64,000 nt of DNA from Candidatus Kerfeldbacteria bacterium (lineage in GTDB: Bacteria > Patescibacteriota > Patescibacteriia > UBA10025 > JAHIVO01): NCBI GenBank assembly GCA_047946875.1, contig CP181398.1, forward strand, positions 777,041 to 841,040. Direction: 5' to 3'. The translations under genes and the position numbers were made by a program. Every line of letters starts with the position of its first letter. Position 1 is the stretch's first letter. Of the stretch, positions 55,294 through 64,000 are shown in pieces. Below the pieces are notes generated by a model that made no database searches, was not told where the DNA came from, and worked only from the letters and a program-made list of their open reading frames with translations.

Positions 55294-57726
55294 ATGTCCC
55301 ATAATAACGGCGATAATATATCCAATGAAACAATAAACAATAATTGGTATTTTAATAATACCTTTTTATATTTTATTATATTTTTTTCTGGTTTAGCTGC
55401 TCTTATTTATGAGCTAATTTGGATCAGGATGTTAAACTTAACCTTTGGAGTAAGTAGCTTTGCTATTGCTACTGTTATTTCAGTTTTTCTTCTAGGGATT
55501 GGCTTAGGTAGTTACTACTTTGGTAAAAAAGCAGAAACTATAAATAATATTTTAAAGACATACGCGTTTATTGAGTTGAGTATTGGAATTTTTTCTATTC
55601 TATCTTTCTTAATACTAAAATATGCCAATATTTATGAATTTATTATTTCTAATATTGGTAGCAGTGAAAACCTTTACCTACTTTCTTTAATTAGACTAAT
55701 TATCTCCATCATAATATTAATTATCCCAACTTTTCTAATTGGTGGAACTATTCCATTAATTGTTAAATTTTTAATTACTACTAATAAAAATTTAGGATCA
55801 AAATTCAGTACTATTTACTATATAAATATTTTAGGGGGTGTTACTGGAATTCTTCTAACTGGCCTAGTATTAATTCGTCAGTTTGGCGTCTGGAAAAGTT
55901 TTTCTATTGCTATTATTATAAATATTATTATTTTTATTAGTATAATTATTTTTAAAAAAAATATAAATTTTCAATCAGAAATTCATAACGAAATAACCGA
56001 ACAAGAAAATAATCAGTATAAACCTATAAAAAATTTCCTGCCAATCCTCTTCTTTAGTGGATTCATTGTACTTGGATTTGAGATCTTATGGATGCGGGTA
56101 CTTATTAACTTTGGTTCTGGAACCACCCTTTCATCAACCATGATTTTAGGAGGATTTTTACTAGGATTTTCGGCCGGAAGTTTTTATATTGCAAAACGAA
56201 TTGATAAAATGCTCAAACCTCTTAAAAACTTTGTTATATATTCTTTTCTTACTGGTTTGACCGGAGCTTTAATAATTTTCTTATTTGGACAATTAAATAC
56301 ATTTCTATCAGCACAATTCAGTACCTATGCCAGACTATTATTAGAATCGTGGTTAGGGCTTATTTTTGCATTTATTATTGCTGCAATCAGTGGCACCCTA
56401 TTTCCTTTAGGTCTTCGTTTATATGCAGGAAATAAAGAATCCATTGGAATAAAGACTGGAAAAATATATTTTATAAACTCAATTGGAACGGTGTTAGGGA
56501 GCTTGGTAACCGGTTTCATATTTATCCCGTTTTTTGGAATAAAAATATCTGGAATAATACTAATTATGCTCTGTTTCATTATTTCAATATATATAATATT
56601 TAAACAAAATTTAAATAAAAAGAAACTGCTAACACCAGCTATATCATTTTTTATTATTTCCTTAATATTTATTATTGTTAGTGGAAACACATTCCACCGT
56701 CAAAATGAAAATGAAACTGAGCTTTTTTATTCAGAAGGATTATCCGGAACTGTTACTGTTTTAGAAAATAATAATACCAACATTCCATATAAAACATTAT
56801 ATGTTGACAGCCAAGCAGTGGCAGGAACCTATCCGTCTGGCATTATTGATTCTAAAATTTTGGCACACATACCTATCCTTCTAACAAAGAACCCTTCCTC
56901 TGTGGCAACAATAGGTTATGGTACCGGTGGTACTAGTTATAGCATGATGCAATATGGTTTAGAAACTTATGCTATGGAAATTGAAGAACAGGTCATTGAA
57001 GCAAGTAAATTTTTTAATGATTTAAATCATGGCATAGAAACTGATCCATCTTTACATATTATTATTGACGATGCTAGATATACACTACAACAAACTAATA
57101 AAAAATTTGATACTATAGTTACTGATGTAACAAATCTTAAATATAAAAGTAATCCGTACTTATATACTGTAGAATATTTTCAAATAATGAAAGACAGCCT
57201 TACTCCACAAGGTGTTGGATCTGCTTGGGTCCCTCTTGGTGGTCTTTCATTTAACGATTTAAAAATTTTAACAGCAAGTTTTGAAAAAATATTCCCCCAT
57301 ACAACAATCTGGTATTACAATCTTGAAATAACAAGCTTTCTTGTTTTGATTGGTACGCCAGAAAAATTATCTATTAATCTTAATGATATAAAAAATAAAA
57401 TGGAACCAGTTCAAGAAGATCTATCAAGTATTTATATTAACAATGAATATGTTTTTAGTTCAATGCTTTTTCTTGGTGAAAATGATGTGGATGACCTAGT
57501 ACAAGGAATGCAACTACATACTGACGACTTTCCAATTTTAGAATTCTCAGATATTAGCTTCTATGTTTTATTCAACCCTATGGATAACTTAAAAAAATTA
57601 TTAAACTATCAAAAAGAATTATATAACACTTACTTTATTATGGATGAAGAGCAGGACTCCAACCTAATACAAGAATTTTATAATGGCAGACAATTAATCC
57701 ATCACTATATTGATGAACACAATTAA
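55294..57726 (+). CDS. Fused multi-TM membrane domain / spermidine synthase-like SAM-dependent domain
   Basis: FSG.AAL.YE..W.R.L...FG, Y.IN..G...G repeats, many TM segments, IGYGTGGT, EIE..V, DDAR, FD.I..D, LYT.EYF. Confidence 0.88.
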   Translation: MSHNNGDNISNETINNNWYFNNTFLYFIIFFSGLAALIYELIWIRMLNLTFGVSSFAIATVISVFLLGIGLGSYYFGKKAETINNILKTYAFIELSIGIFSILSFLILKYANIYEFIISNIGSSENLYLLSLIRLIISIIILIIPTFLIGGTIPLIVKFLITTNKNLGSKFSTIYYINILGGVTGILLTGLVLIRQFGVWKSFSIAIIINIIIFISIIIFKKNINFQSEIHNEITEQENNQYKPIKNFLPILFFSGFIVLGFEILWMRVLINFGSGTTLSSTMILGGFLLGFSAGSFYIAKRIDKMLKPLKNFVIYSFLTGLTGALIIFLFGQLNTFLSAQFSTYARLLLESWLGLIFAFIIAAISGTLFPLGLRLYAGNKESIGIKTGKIYFINSIGTVLGSLVTGFIFIPFFGIKISGIILIMLCFIISIYIIFKQNLNKKKLLTPAISFFIISLIFIIVSGNTFHRQNENETELFYSEGLSGTVTVLENNNTNIPYKTLYVDSQAVAGTYPSGIIDSKILAHIPILLTKNPSSVATIGYGTGGTSYSMMQYGLETYAMEIEEQVIEASKFFNDLNHGIETDPSLHIIIDDARYTLQQTNKKFDTIVTDVTNLKYKSNPYLYTVEYFQIMKDSLTPQGVGSAWVPLGGLSFNDLKILTASFEKIFPHTTIWYYNLEITSFLVLIGTPEKLSINLNDIKNKMEPVQEDLSSIYINNEYVFSSMLFLGENDVDDLVQGMQLHTDDFPILEFSDISFYVLFNPMDNLKKLLNYQKELYNTYFIMDEEQDSNLIQEFYNGRQLIHHYIDEHN

Positions 57727-57773
57727 CTAATAATATTATCTTATAAAATCCTATACTAATCTAGTAAAAATTA

Positions 57774-57804
57774 AAAAGTCCTGTTTTTAGGAAGCAGGAC
57801 TTTT
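57774..57804. terminator. Bidirectional intrinsic terminator between convergent genes
   Basis: aaaagtcctg-N11-caggactttt. Confidence 0.8.
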
Positions 57805-57807
57805 GTG

Positions 57808-58233
57808 TTACTCATTTGTGAGTAAATCACTTTCGTTTATATCAAGAAATTTCAAAACTGTTATATTCTTCATAACATCATTAGTTTCAAAATATACCAA
57901 CAAAAACATTTTAAATACTAAGTCAGCAGCATTATCAATACTGGTACCAGGAAATAATTCTTGATGATGTTTTTTTACAAATTCAGCTAAATTATCACTT
58001 AGCACATCAGCAAGATGAGGAATTGGCAATTTTTTCAAAATTGAAAATCCAAATCCAGAGACCTGACTTATTACTTGTAAAGTACTATTTGCGTTATCGA
58101 TATCAAAATCGACATTTGCTATATCAGTATTGTTGGTAATTAACTTCTGTATTAATCTCATTTCATCACTAGATTTACCTAGTTTTGTTTCATATTTGAT
58201 TAATACTGCTTTCAACAAATCCTGTAATTGCAT
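57808..58233 (-). CDS. Hypothetical protein (141 aa)
   Basis: ATG preceded by AGAGGAG; own promoter TTGACA-16-TATAAT (58303..58276); no recognisable motif. Confidence 0.7.
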   Translation of the reverse strand: MQLQDLLKAVLIKYETKLGKSSDEMRLIQKLITNNTDIANVDFDIDNANSTLQVISQVSGFGFSILKKLPIPHLADVLSDNLAEFVKKHHQELFPGTSIDNAADLVFKMFLLVYFETNDVMKNITVLKFLDINESDLLTNE

Positions 58234-58308
58234 CTCCTCTATCCTTTTTTATTATTATTTTTGTACAATAAAACGATTATAACACACAAGGCCCTGGTGT
58301 CAAAAAAA

Positions 58309-60555
58309 TTATTCTACAATCTCTTTAGGGTTGATCTCAGATAGAGATTTATTCAATTCTTCAATTTTTTGTAAAACTGTTTGATTATTAACATCTAATA
58401 CTATAATTCTCTCAAGATATTCTATTGATTTATCGATATCCCCTTTTAGTTCAAAAATGAATGCTACCTGCCATAATAAATCTATTGCATCAGGATACCT
58501 ATTTAACTCTTTTATAAACAACTCTAAAGATTTATCATATTCACCTTTTGTTTGATAAACTAGGCCAATATTATAATCAACTAAAAGATAATTTTCTTTT
58601 AATTGACGAGTTTTCTCAAAATCTTGTATCGCATAATCTAAAACAGACATAGCTTCAGCTAAAGATGATTCACTATTACTTGCAGTTAATATTGTTTGTG
58701 CCAATAATAATTTTGAACGACCTAAATTGAAATGAATTAATGGATTGTTCGGCTCAAGTTCTACAGCTAATAAATAGTCTTTTACGGCTAACTCATCTAC
58801 ATTGCCGACTATAGGACGTAGACTGTCATATATTATTGCCGATTTTTTATATACCAATGAATTTCCTTCATCGTATTGTTTGGCTAAATTTATATTATTT
58901 ATAACTTGCTGAGTAATTGTTCTGATATTTTCACTATTAACATCCTCAGTTTGACTAACTAACAATACTTGAGTTGTATAACCTTGTGCCAATGTTAAAT
59001 AATATTTCGACTCATACTTATTTAAATCTATTGCCTTATCAAGCTGCTTAAAAATATTATCCATATCTTCACCGGAGTTTATTTCATCTTGAACTTTTGT
59101 ATAATTATAATCAGCTAACCAAACGCGCAACCCAAATACTAAAAATAATATAATGCCTGCAGAAAAAATAATTATAATTGGTAAAAATACACGCTGCTCT
59201 TTACTTTTATTATTTAATTTTATTTCGTAAACATTATCATCTTTTTTATTCTCTTTGAATAAAGAAATACCAATAGCAAGAAACAACCAAAACATCCAAT
59301 AAATAATAAAATTAAATGGTATAAAAAATCCAACAACAAAAATGATTAATGAAATTGAAAATATCAATATCAACCAAACTGACTGACTATTTATTTGTTT
59401 ATAACTCATTATAAAGAAGAATCCTCTCTTAATATAGAACATCCCAAGTAATACAAATGCCAACATACCTCCTAAGCCTATGGTTGTAAAAATATTCCAA
59501 AATTCACTGCCTGATTTCAAAAATTGTAAATCCCATAATCCAGTAGAATTCAACATTTCCGGTCTTAATAAAGTAAAATCATAGACAAACGTTTGAGGAC
59601 CCGATCCAAACAAAGGAGATTTCACAAAACTATCCCAAGCAATTGAAGCAGATGTTTTTTGGTTTAAAAATATACTATCACTTACACCCTCAGGAATTAT
59701 ATTAGTAAAATCAATTAAAATAAATACTAATAATAGTACAACCAATAAAGTTGGAATAATAATCCATAATTTGGAAAGTTTCTTATCATCTAAAAATATT
59801 ATTTTTAATAACCAGATTAATAATATCCCTACTAATAAATAAATTATTAAAACTTTATTTAATAATAGTATTAATATTAAAGATAAAACTGTAACGATCC
59901 CTGCTGTAATTTTAAGCCACTTTTTATCATTAAATAACAAAAATCCAAAAGACAATACAAATATAATTAAAGAAAATATAGCTAAAGTTAGCGAAGAATT
60001 AGCTAATAAATTAAAATTAATATTCTGAGTAAATTCCCAAGGCAAAATGTGAATATTTCCTAATTGAAATAAATTAAACAGAACTATAATTATTCCTGAC
60101 CACCAAAATGAATATATTAATTTTTTTATCCCTTCCCAATCTCTAAATATATTAATAATCAAATAAAAAAATAGTATGTAACTAACAATACTAATAATAC
60201 TGGCACTAAAATATCCACTTATACCAACCGTACTAATATAATAATTTTTTGAAAATAAAAATGATATCAAATTAAAAAACAAAAACGCCAAAATAAACCA
60301 ATCTAAAAATGTTTTATTAAAATTTATTTTTTTTAATATAAATAACCTCCAAAGGTATAAACCAGTAATAATAAAAACGACAATCTGAAACAATAATGTT
60401 TTATTAAACTCTAATGGACTACTACTTACAGACAAAAAGAAAATCGGTAACACAAAAACCAACCCAATCATTATCCATTCGATTACTTTTCCTAAAGTGT
60501 CAGTATCTTTTTGGCGATTAAAAATACTTTTTTTAAATAGAGTCTTGAAATTCAT
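58309..60555 (-). CDS. O-antigen ligase/PglL-like multi-TM protein with C-terminal TPR repeats
   Basis: About 12 TM segments, PLFGSGP.TF...F, EF.....T.G..G, then AI.LN..E..YY, AVELEPNNP, YN.G.VY...G.Y..S TPR motifs. Confidence 0.75.
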   Translation of the reverse strand: MNFKTLFKKSIFNRQKDTDTLGKVIEWIMIGLVFVLPIFFLSVSSSPLEFNKTLLFQIVVFIITGLYLWRLFILKKINFNKTFLDWFILAFLFFNLISFLFSKNYYISTVGISGYFSASIISIVSYILFFYLIINIFRDWEGIKKLIYSFWWSGIIIVLFNLFQLGNIHILPWEFTQNINFNLLANSSLTLAIFSLIIFVLSFGFLLFNDKKWLKITAGIVTVLSLILILLLNKVLIIYLLVGILLIWLLKIIFLDDKKLSKLWIIIPTLLVVLLLVFILIDFTNIIPEGVSDSIFLNQKTSASIAWDSFVKSPLFGSGPQTFVYDFTLLRPEMLNSTGLWDLQFLKSGSEFWNIFTTIGLGGMLAFVLLGMFYIKRGFFFIMSYKQINSQSVWLILIFSISLIIFVVGFFIPFNFIIYWMFWLFLAIGISLFKENKKDDNVYEIKLNNKSKEQRVFLPIIIIFSAGIILFLVFGLRVWLADYNYTKVQDEINSGEDMDNIFKQLDKAIDLNKYESKYYLTLAQGYTTQVLLVSQTEDVNSENIRTITQQVINNINLAKQYDEGNSLVYKKSAIIYDSLRPIVGNVDELAVKDYLLAVELEPNNPLIHFNLGRSKLLLAQTILTASNSESSLAEAMSVLDYAIQDFEKTRQLKENYLLVDYNIGLVYQTKGEYDKSLELFIKELNRYPDAIDLLWQVAFIFELKGDIDKSIEYLERIIVLDVNNQTVLQKIEELNKSLSEINPKEIVE

Positions 60556-60557
60556 AT

Positions 60558-61421
60558 TTAATTTACTATCTTTCTTATTATTTCTTGAAGCTCCGCATTA
60601 GAATAAAAATGTATAGAAATTACTCCCTGACCTTTTTTATAACTTAATTCTACTTTGGTTCCTAGTGCTTCCTGTAGTAATTCTTCTTTTTCAGTCATAT
60701 TTACATCTTTAGAATTTCGATTTCGAGTATGTTTTTTTATAATGACTTTACCAGCCTTACTCTCAGTCTTTCTAACACTTAAACTGCCTGATAATATTTC
60801 CTTGAATAATCTTCTCCGTTGATCAACATCTTTTATTCCTAATAATACCTTAGCATGCCCTTCCGTTATCTTTCCTTCCTGCAATGATTTTTGTATCTCT
60901 GCTGATAATGTCAAGAGTCTAAGACTATTAGTTACAGCTGTGCGAGATTGTCCAATTTTTTTTGACACCTCCTCTTGAGTCAGATTAAACTCAGCTGCTA
61001 ATCTCTGATAGCCATAAGCTTTTTCTATTGGATTCAAATTCTGTCTCTGTACATTTTCGACTATGGCTAATTCCAATTTTTGCTGTTCTGTTGCTGTCCT
61101 TACTACAACAGGTACTTTTGATAAGCCAGCAATTTTAGATGCTCGCAAACGTCTCTCACCCGCGATCAATTCATATCCACTACCAACTTCATTAACAATC
61201 AAAGGTTGAATAATCCCATGCTCTTTGATGGAATTTACCAAATCTTCCAGCATATCTCTATCAAAATGATGACGAGGTTGATGGGGATTTGGTTGTATTT
61301 TATCCAAAGAAATTTCAAAAGTCTTTTCTTTGCCACCTATAATTTCTTCACTGATATTTTCTTTAATACTTTTTACTGGGATCAATGAGCCTAACCCTCG
61401 GCCAAGTGAACTATTACTCAT
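60558..61421 (-). CDS. parB: ParB/Spo0J chromosome partitioning protein
   Basis: LGRGL.SLI, PNP.QPR..F, SIKEHGIIQP, LIAGERR.RA, ENVQR..LNPIE.A, ITEGHAK.LL. Confidence 0.96.
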   Translation of the reverse strand: MSNSSLGRGLGSLIPVKSIKENISEEIIGGKEKTFEISLDKIQPNPHQPRHHFDRDMLEDLVNSIKEHGIIQPLIVNEVGSGYELIAGERRLRASKIAGLSKVPVVVRTATEQQKLELAIVENVQRQNLNPIEKAYGYQRLAAEFNLTQEEVSKKIGQSRTAVTNSLRLLTLSAEIQKSLQEGKITEGHAKVLLGIKDVDQRRRLFKEILSGSLSVRKTESKAGKVIIKKHTRNRNSKDVNMTEKEELLQEALGTKVELSYKKGQGVISIHFYSNAELQEIIRKIVN

Positions 61422-61427
61422 ATTATA

Positions 61428-62189
61428 TTATTCTAAACTAATTAATTCTTGTGCTAATCTTTTGTAAGCCTTACCACCAGCAGACCTCTTATCATAGTGT
61501 AAAATACTTTTACCAAAACTAGGCGCTTCAGCTAGTTTTACATTACGAGGAATTACTGTTCGAAAAATTCTATCTGGAAAATATTTATATAATTCTTCAA
61601 AAACATCTTTTGATAATTTATTTCTATCATCATACATAGTCATGACCGCTCCCATTATTGATAAACCTGGTTTTAAACCATCTCTCACTAAATTAACAGT
61701 ATTTAACAACTGACCCAATCCTTCTAAAGCATAATATTCTGTCTGAACAGGTATCAAAGCATGATCAGAAGCAACTAAACCATTGACTGTTAGTAAACAT
61801 AAGGATGGCGGACAATCAATAAGAATATAATCATAATCATTACGTACTTCCAATATTGCGTCATGTAGTCTAAACTCTCTTTTTTCCATATCAACCAACT
61901 CAACTCTTGCTCCGGCCAAAGAAGGTGTGGCTGGGGCAATACTTAATCCATCAACATTAGATGGTTTGATTACTTTTTTAATAGATAGTTCTGAAATTAT
62001 GGGGTTATATATACCATGCTCTAATTCATTATTATTAATACCTAATCCTGAAGATGCATTGCCTTGAGGATCAAGATCAACTAATAAGACAAATTTACCA
62101 TGATGTGCTAAAAATGCAGCTAAATTAACTGCTGTGGTAGTCTTACCAACCCCCCCTTTTTGATTAACTATTGATATTATTTTAGACAT
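61428..62189 (-). CDS. parA: ParA/Soj ATPase
   Basis: NQKGGVGKTTT, DLDPQGNAS, IDCPPSL, PVQ.EYYALEG, IPRNV.LAEAPSFG. Confidence 0.96.
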   Translation of the reverse strand: MSKIISIVNQKGGVGKTTTAVNLAAFLAHHGKFVLLVDLDPQGNASSGLGINNNELEHGIYNPIISELSIKKVIKPSNVDGLSIAPATPSLAGARVELVDMEKREFRLHDAILEVRNDYDYILIDCPPSLCLLTVNGLVASDHALIPVQTEYYALEGLGQLLNTVNLVRDGLKPGLSIMGAVMTMYDDRNKLSKDVFEELYKYFPDRIFRTVIPRNVKLAEAPSFGKSILHYDKRSAGGKAYKRLAQELISLE

Positions 62190-62228
62190 AAGTAAAAATA
62201 TTTATGAATATATTATAGCAAATAAACG

Positions 62229-62257
62229 TTGACAAAAACAGTGTTTTTCTTTAGAAT
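62229..62257 (+). promoter_or_regulatory. Sigma70-type promoter for tRNA-Leu
   Basis: TTGACA, 17 bp, TAGAAT. Confidence 0.7.
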
Positions 62258-62279
62258 CAGTCTATCATCATTTTTATAA

Positions 62280-62363
62280 GCCGGGATGGCGGAACTGGTA
62301 GACGCACAGGACTCAAAATCCTGCGGGGGCAACTCCATGAGAGTTCAAGTCTCTCTCCCGGCA
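62280..62363 (+). tRNA. tRNA-Leu(CAA)
   Basis: GCCGGGA..TCCCGGC acceptor, CAGGA-CT-CAA-AA-TCCTG, long variable arm, GAGAG-TTCAAGT-CTCTC. Confidence 0.96.
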
Positions 62364-62380
62364 TATTTAATCTCAAATAC

Positions 62381-62409
62381 TTGCATTTATTAGCAATTTC
62401 CTATATAAT
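62381..62409 (+). promoter_or_regulatory. Sigma70-type promoter for tRNA-fMet
   Basis: TTGCAT, 17 bp, TATAAT. Confidence 0.65.
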
Positions 62410-62429
62410 TGCTAAGAACTTTTATACAA

Positions 62430-62504
62430 CGCCGGGTAGAGCAGTGGCAGCTCGCGGGGCTCATAATCCCGAGGTCGTCGGTTCGAATCCGACCCCGGCA
62501 ACCA
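62430..62504 (+). tRNA. Initiator tRNA-fMet(CAT)
   Basis: C1:A72 mismatch, G-rich anticodon stem CGGGG-CT-CAT-AA-TCCCG, GTCGG-TTCGAAT-CCGAC, encoded CCA. Confidence 0.95.
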
Positions 62505-62634
62505 AATTTAACATCTTTTTATATAATATATCTCCACCGAACTCCGCATTGCGGGGTGAGGAAAAGGAGCAATGCAGGAAAGGTGGAGCTTTCTGGTTTA
62601 CCAGTAAGCGTAACCTGTGATGCTATTGCGACGC

Positions 62635-62708
62635 GGCAGGGTAGCTCAGATGGTTAGAGCGCGGGACTCATAAGCCCGAGGTCGCGGGTTCAATTCCCGC
62701 CCCTGCTA
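62635..62708 (+). tRNA. tRNA with CAT anticodon (elongator Met; Ile2 not excluded)
   Basis: GGCAGGG/CCCTGCT acceptor, GCTC-AGATGGTTA-GAGC, CGGGA-CT-CAT-AA-GCCCG, GCGGG-TTCAATT-CCCGC. Confidence 0.92.
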
Positions 62709-62719
62709 TAAATAACTCT

Positions 62720-63520
62720 TCAAACTGAGTTATTTTTTTTGAAATTTATATAAATAAAAAATATTGTCCCAATAAAAAGTAAAATACTTATCCACTGAGT
62801 TAACAATAATGGCCCTACTGTTAATAAATCTACTTTAATGAAATCCAAACTAAAACGTACAACAGAAAACATAATAAAATACATCAAAGTCAACTTACCA
62901 ACTGGCCAATGTTTTTTATTATTAAACAACCAAAGCATCACGAAAAACACTCCCAACATTAATATTGATTCATACAAAAAAACTGGGTGAAAAAAATTTT
63001 CATTTATATACTCCAACGGCCTTCTATTAGTTTCTATAGGTAGTCCCCAGGTCACACTTGTGGGTAAACCAAATAATTCTTGATTGAAATAATTACCCCA
63101 ACGACCTATAGATTGCATCAATGGAAGCGCTATTACAATTAGATCTGTAAAGGCTAGAAAATTAATTTTTTTTATTCGTCCATAAATATACACTACCAAC
63201 AAATCCATTATCATTATCCCCTGTATCGCTAATCCACCATGCCATATTTTTACCAGCTCATTTAAATTTTCTACATAATAATCCCATTCACCAATAATAT
63301 GTCCAATTCTTCCACCAATCAAACTACTAATCAAAAGAATAAATAACAAATTATAAATGTGATTAACGTCAATGTTTCTTTTTTTTGCAAATTTTGTTAT
63401 CAATAATAATCCAACTATAACTACTAAAGCAATAATAATCCCATACCAATATATATCCAAAAAGCCAATCGAAAATGCGATTGGCTCTGGATTATAGTTA
63501 TGGAGAAAATTAATCCCCAT
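62720..63520 (-). CDS. lgt: Prolipoprotein diacylglyceryl transferase
   Basis: P.AF.IG...IYWYG, IGGRI, IW.GGLAI.G, Q.IGRWGNYFNQELFG, HP.FLYES. Confidence 0.95.
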   Translation of the reverse strand: MGINFLHNYNPEPIAFSIGFLDIYWYGIIIALVVIVGLLLITKFAKKRNIDVNHIYNLLFILLISSLIGGRIGHIIGEWDYYVENLNELVKIWHGGLAIQGIMIMDLLVVYIYGRIKKINFLAFTDLIVIALPLMQSIGRWGNYFNQELFGLPTSVTWGLPIETNRRPLEYINENFFHPVFLYESILMLGVFFVMLWLFNNKKHWPVGKLTLMYFIMFSVVRFSLDFIKVDLLTVGPLLLTQWISILLFIGTIFFIYINFKKNNSV

Positions 63521-63525
63521 ATTAT

Positions 63526-64000
63526 TTATTTTGCTAAAGCAGCATCAATAGCAGCAGCGAAACTTGCATAAGGCTGAGCACCTGATATCATTGTACCATT
63601 TACAAATATAGCTGGTGTACCCTGTACTCCTATTGCAGCCCCTTCATTAAAGTCATCAGTAATATCACTTGCATGTTCACCACCATCTAAACAACTGTCA
63701 AAAGTAGAAGTGTTCAAACCTAAAGTTACGGCATGAGCTTTCAAATCAGCAATAGTAATATTATCTTGGTCTGCATAGATTAAATCGTGCATCTCCCAAA
63801 ATTTATCTTGATCAGCTGCACACTCAGAAGCCTCAGCTGCTTTTTGTGCATTCTCATGAAACGATAATGGGAAATGTCTATAAATTAATTTAACTTTTCC
63901 ATCATACTCTTCTAATACCTGTTCAATTGTAGGTACTACACGACTACAAAATGGACATTCAAAATCAGAATATTCAATCAATGTTACAGTAGCATTTTTA
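63526..64000 (-). CDS. DsbA-family thiol-disulfide oxidoreductase (5' end outside the window)
   Basis: KNATVTLIEYSDFECPFC, YRHFPL..H..A..AA.A.ECA..Q..FW, GV.GTP..FVNG, GAQP; the frame is open to the window edge. Confidence 0.93.
   Translation of the reverse strand, partial: KNATVTLIEYSDFECPFCSRVVPTIEQVLEEYDGKVKLIYRHFPLSFHENAQKAAEASECAADQDKFWEMHDLIYADQDNITIADLKAHAVTLGLNTSTFDSCLDGGEHASDITDDFNEGAAIGVQGTPAIFVNGTMISGAQPYASFAAAIDAALAK

Noticed and set aside
60558-62280. parS site or replication origin near parAB
   Set aside because: I did not see a TGTTTCACGTGAAACA-like palindrome or a DnaA-box cluster by eye.
1-64000. Alternative genetic code (UGA=Gly, as in Gracilibacteria/Absconditabacteria)
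   Set aside because: Housekeeping genes and 10-14 kb ORFs are complete under the standard code.

Overview
AT-rich bacterial chromosome segment, standard genetic code. The gene content (T4SS-type pilin fused to giant Cys-rich proteins, cohesin/dockerin proteins, pilT/pilM/dprA, compact housekeeping genes) suggests Patescibacteria/CPR, probably Parcubacteria/ABY1-like; this is inferred from gene types. The left 41 kb is dominated by two cell-surface loci. (1) Two tandem giant pilin-fused adhesin paralogues (<1..5218 and 5308..15252, offset 10025 bp) whose first ~4.3 kb appear identical apart from one synonymous SNP, followed by a diversified in-frame patch. (2) A seven-gene minus-strand cluster (19230..41270): a ~4770-aa giant with a MerR/Xis-type HTH in front of its export signal, a 338-aa subunit sharing the giant's C-terminal WxL/fimbrial-like domain, two DUF916-like membrane-anchored chaperone-like proteins, a dockerin adaptor and two membrane-anchored cohesins. 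I read this cluster as a candidate self-regulated, donor-strand-linked surface fibre tethered through cohesin-dockerin, and it is the most promising undescribed system in the window. Small GC-rich hairpins have inserted into a tRNA-Val D-loop, a duplicated tRNA 3' end and the 3' end of a HIT gene. A promoter-bearing structured non-coding region lies between pilM and mfd. The rest is housekeeping (yqeY, rpsU, hisS, lepB, der, pth, mfd, dprA, topA, parAB, lgt, dsbA, tRNAs). All calls come from reading motifs by eye; no database searches were run.
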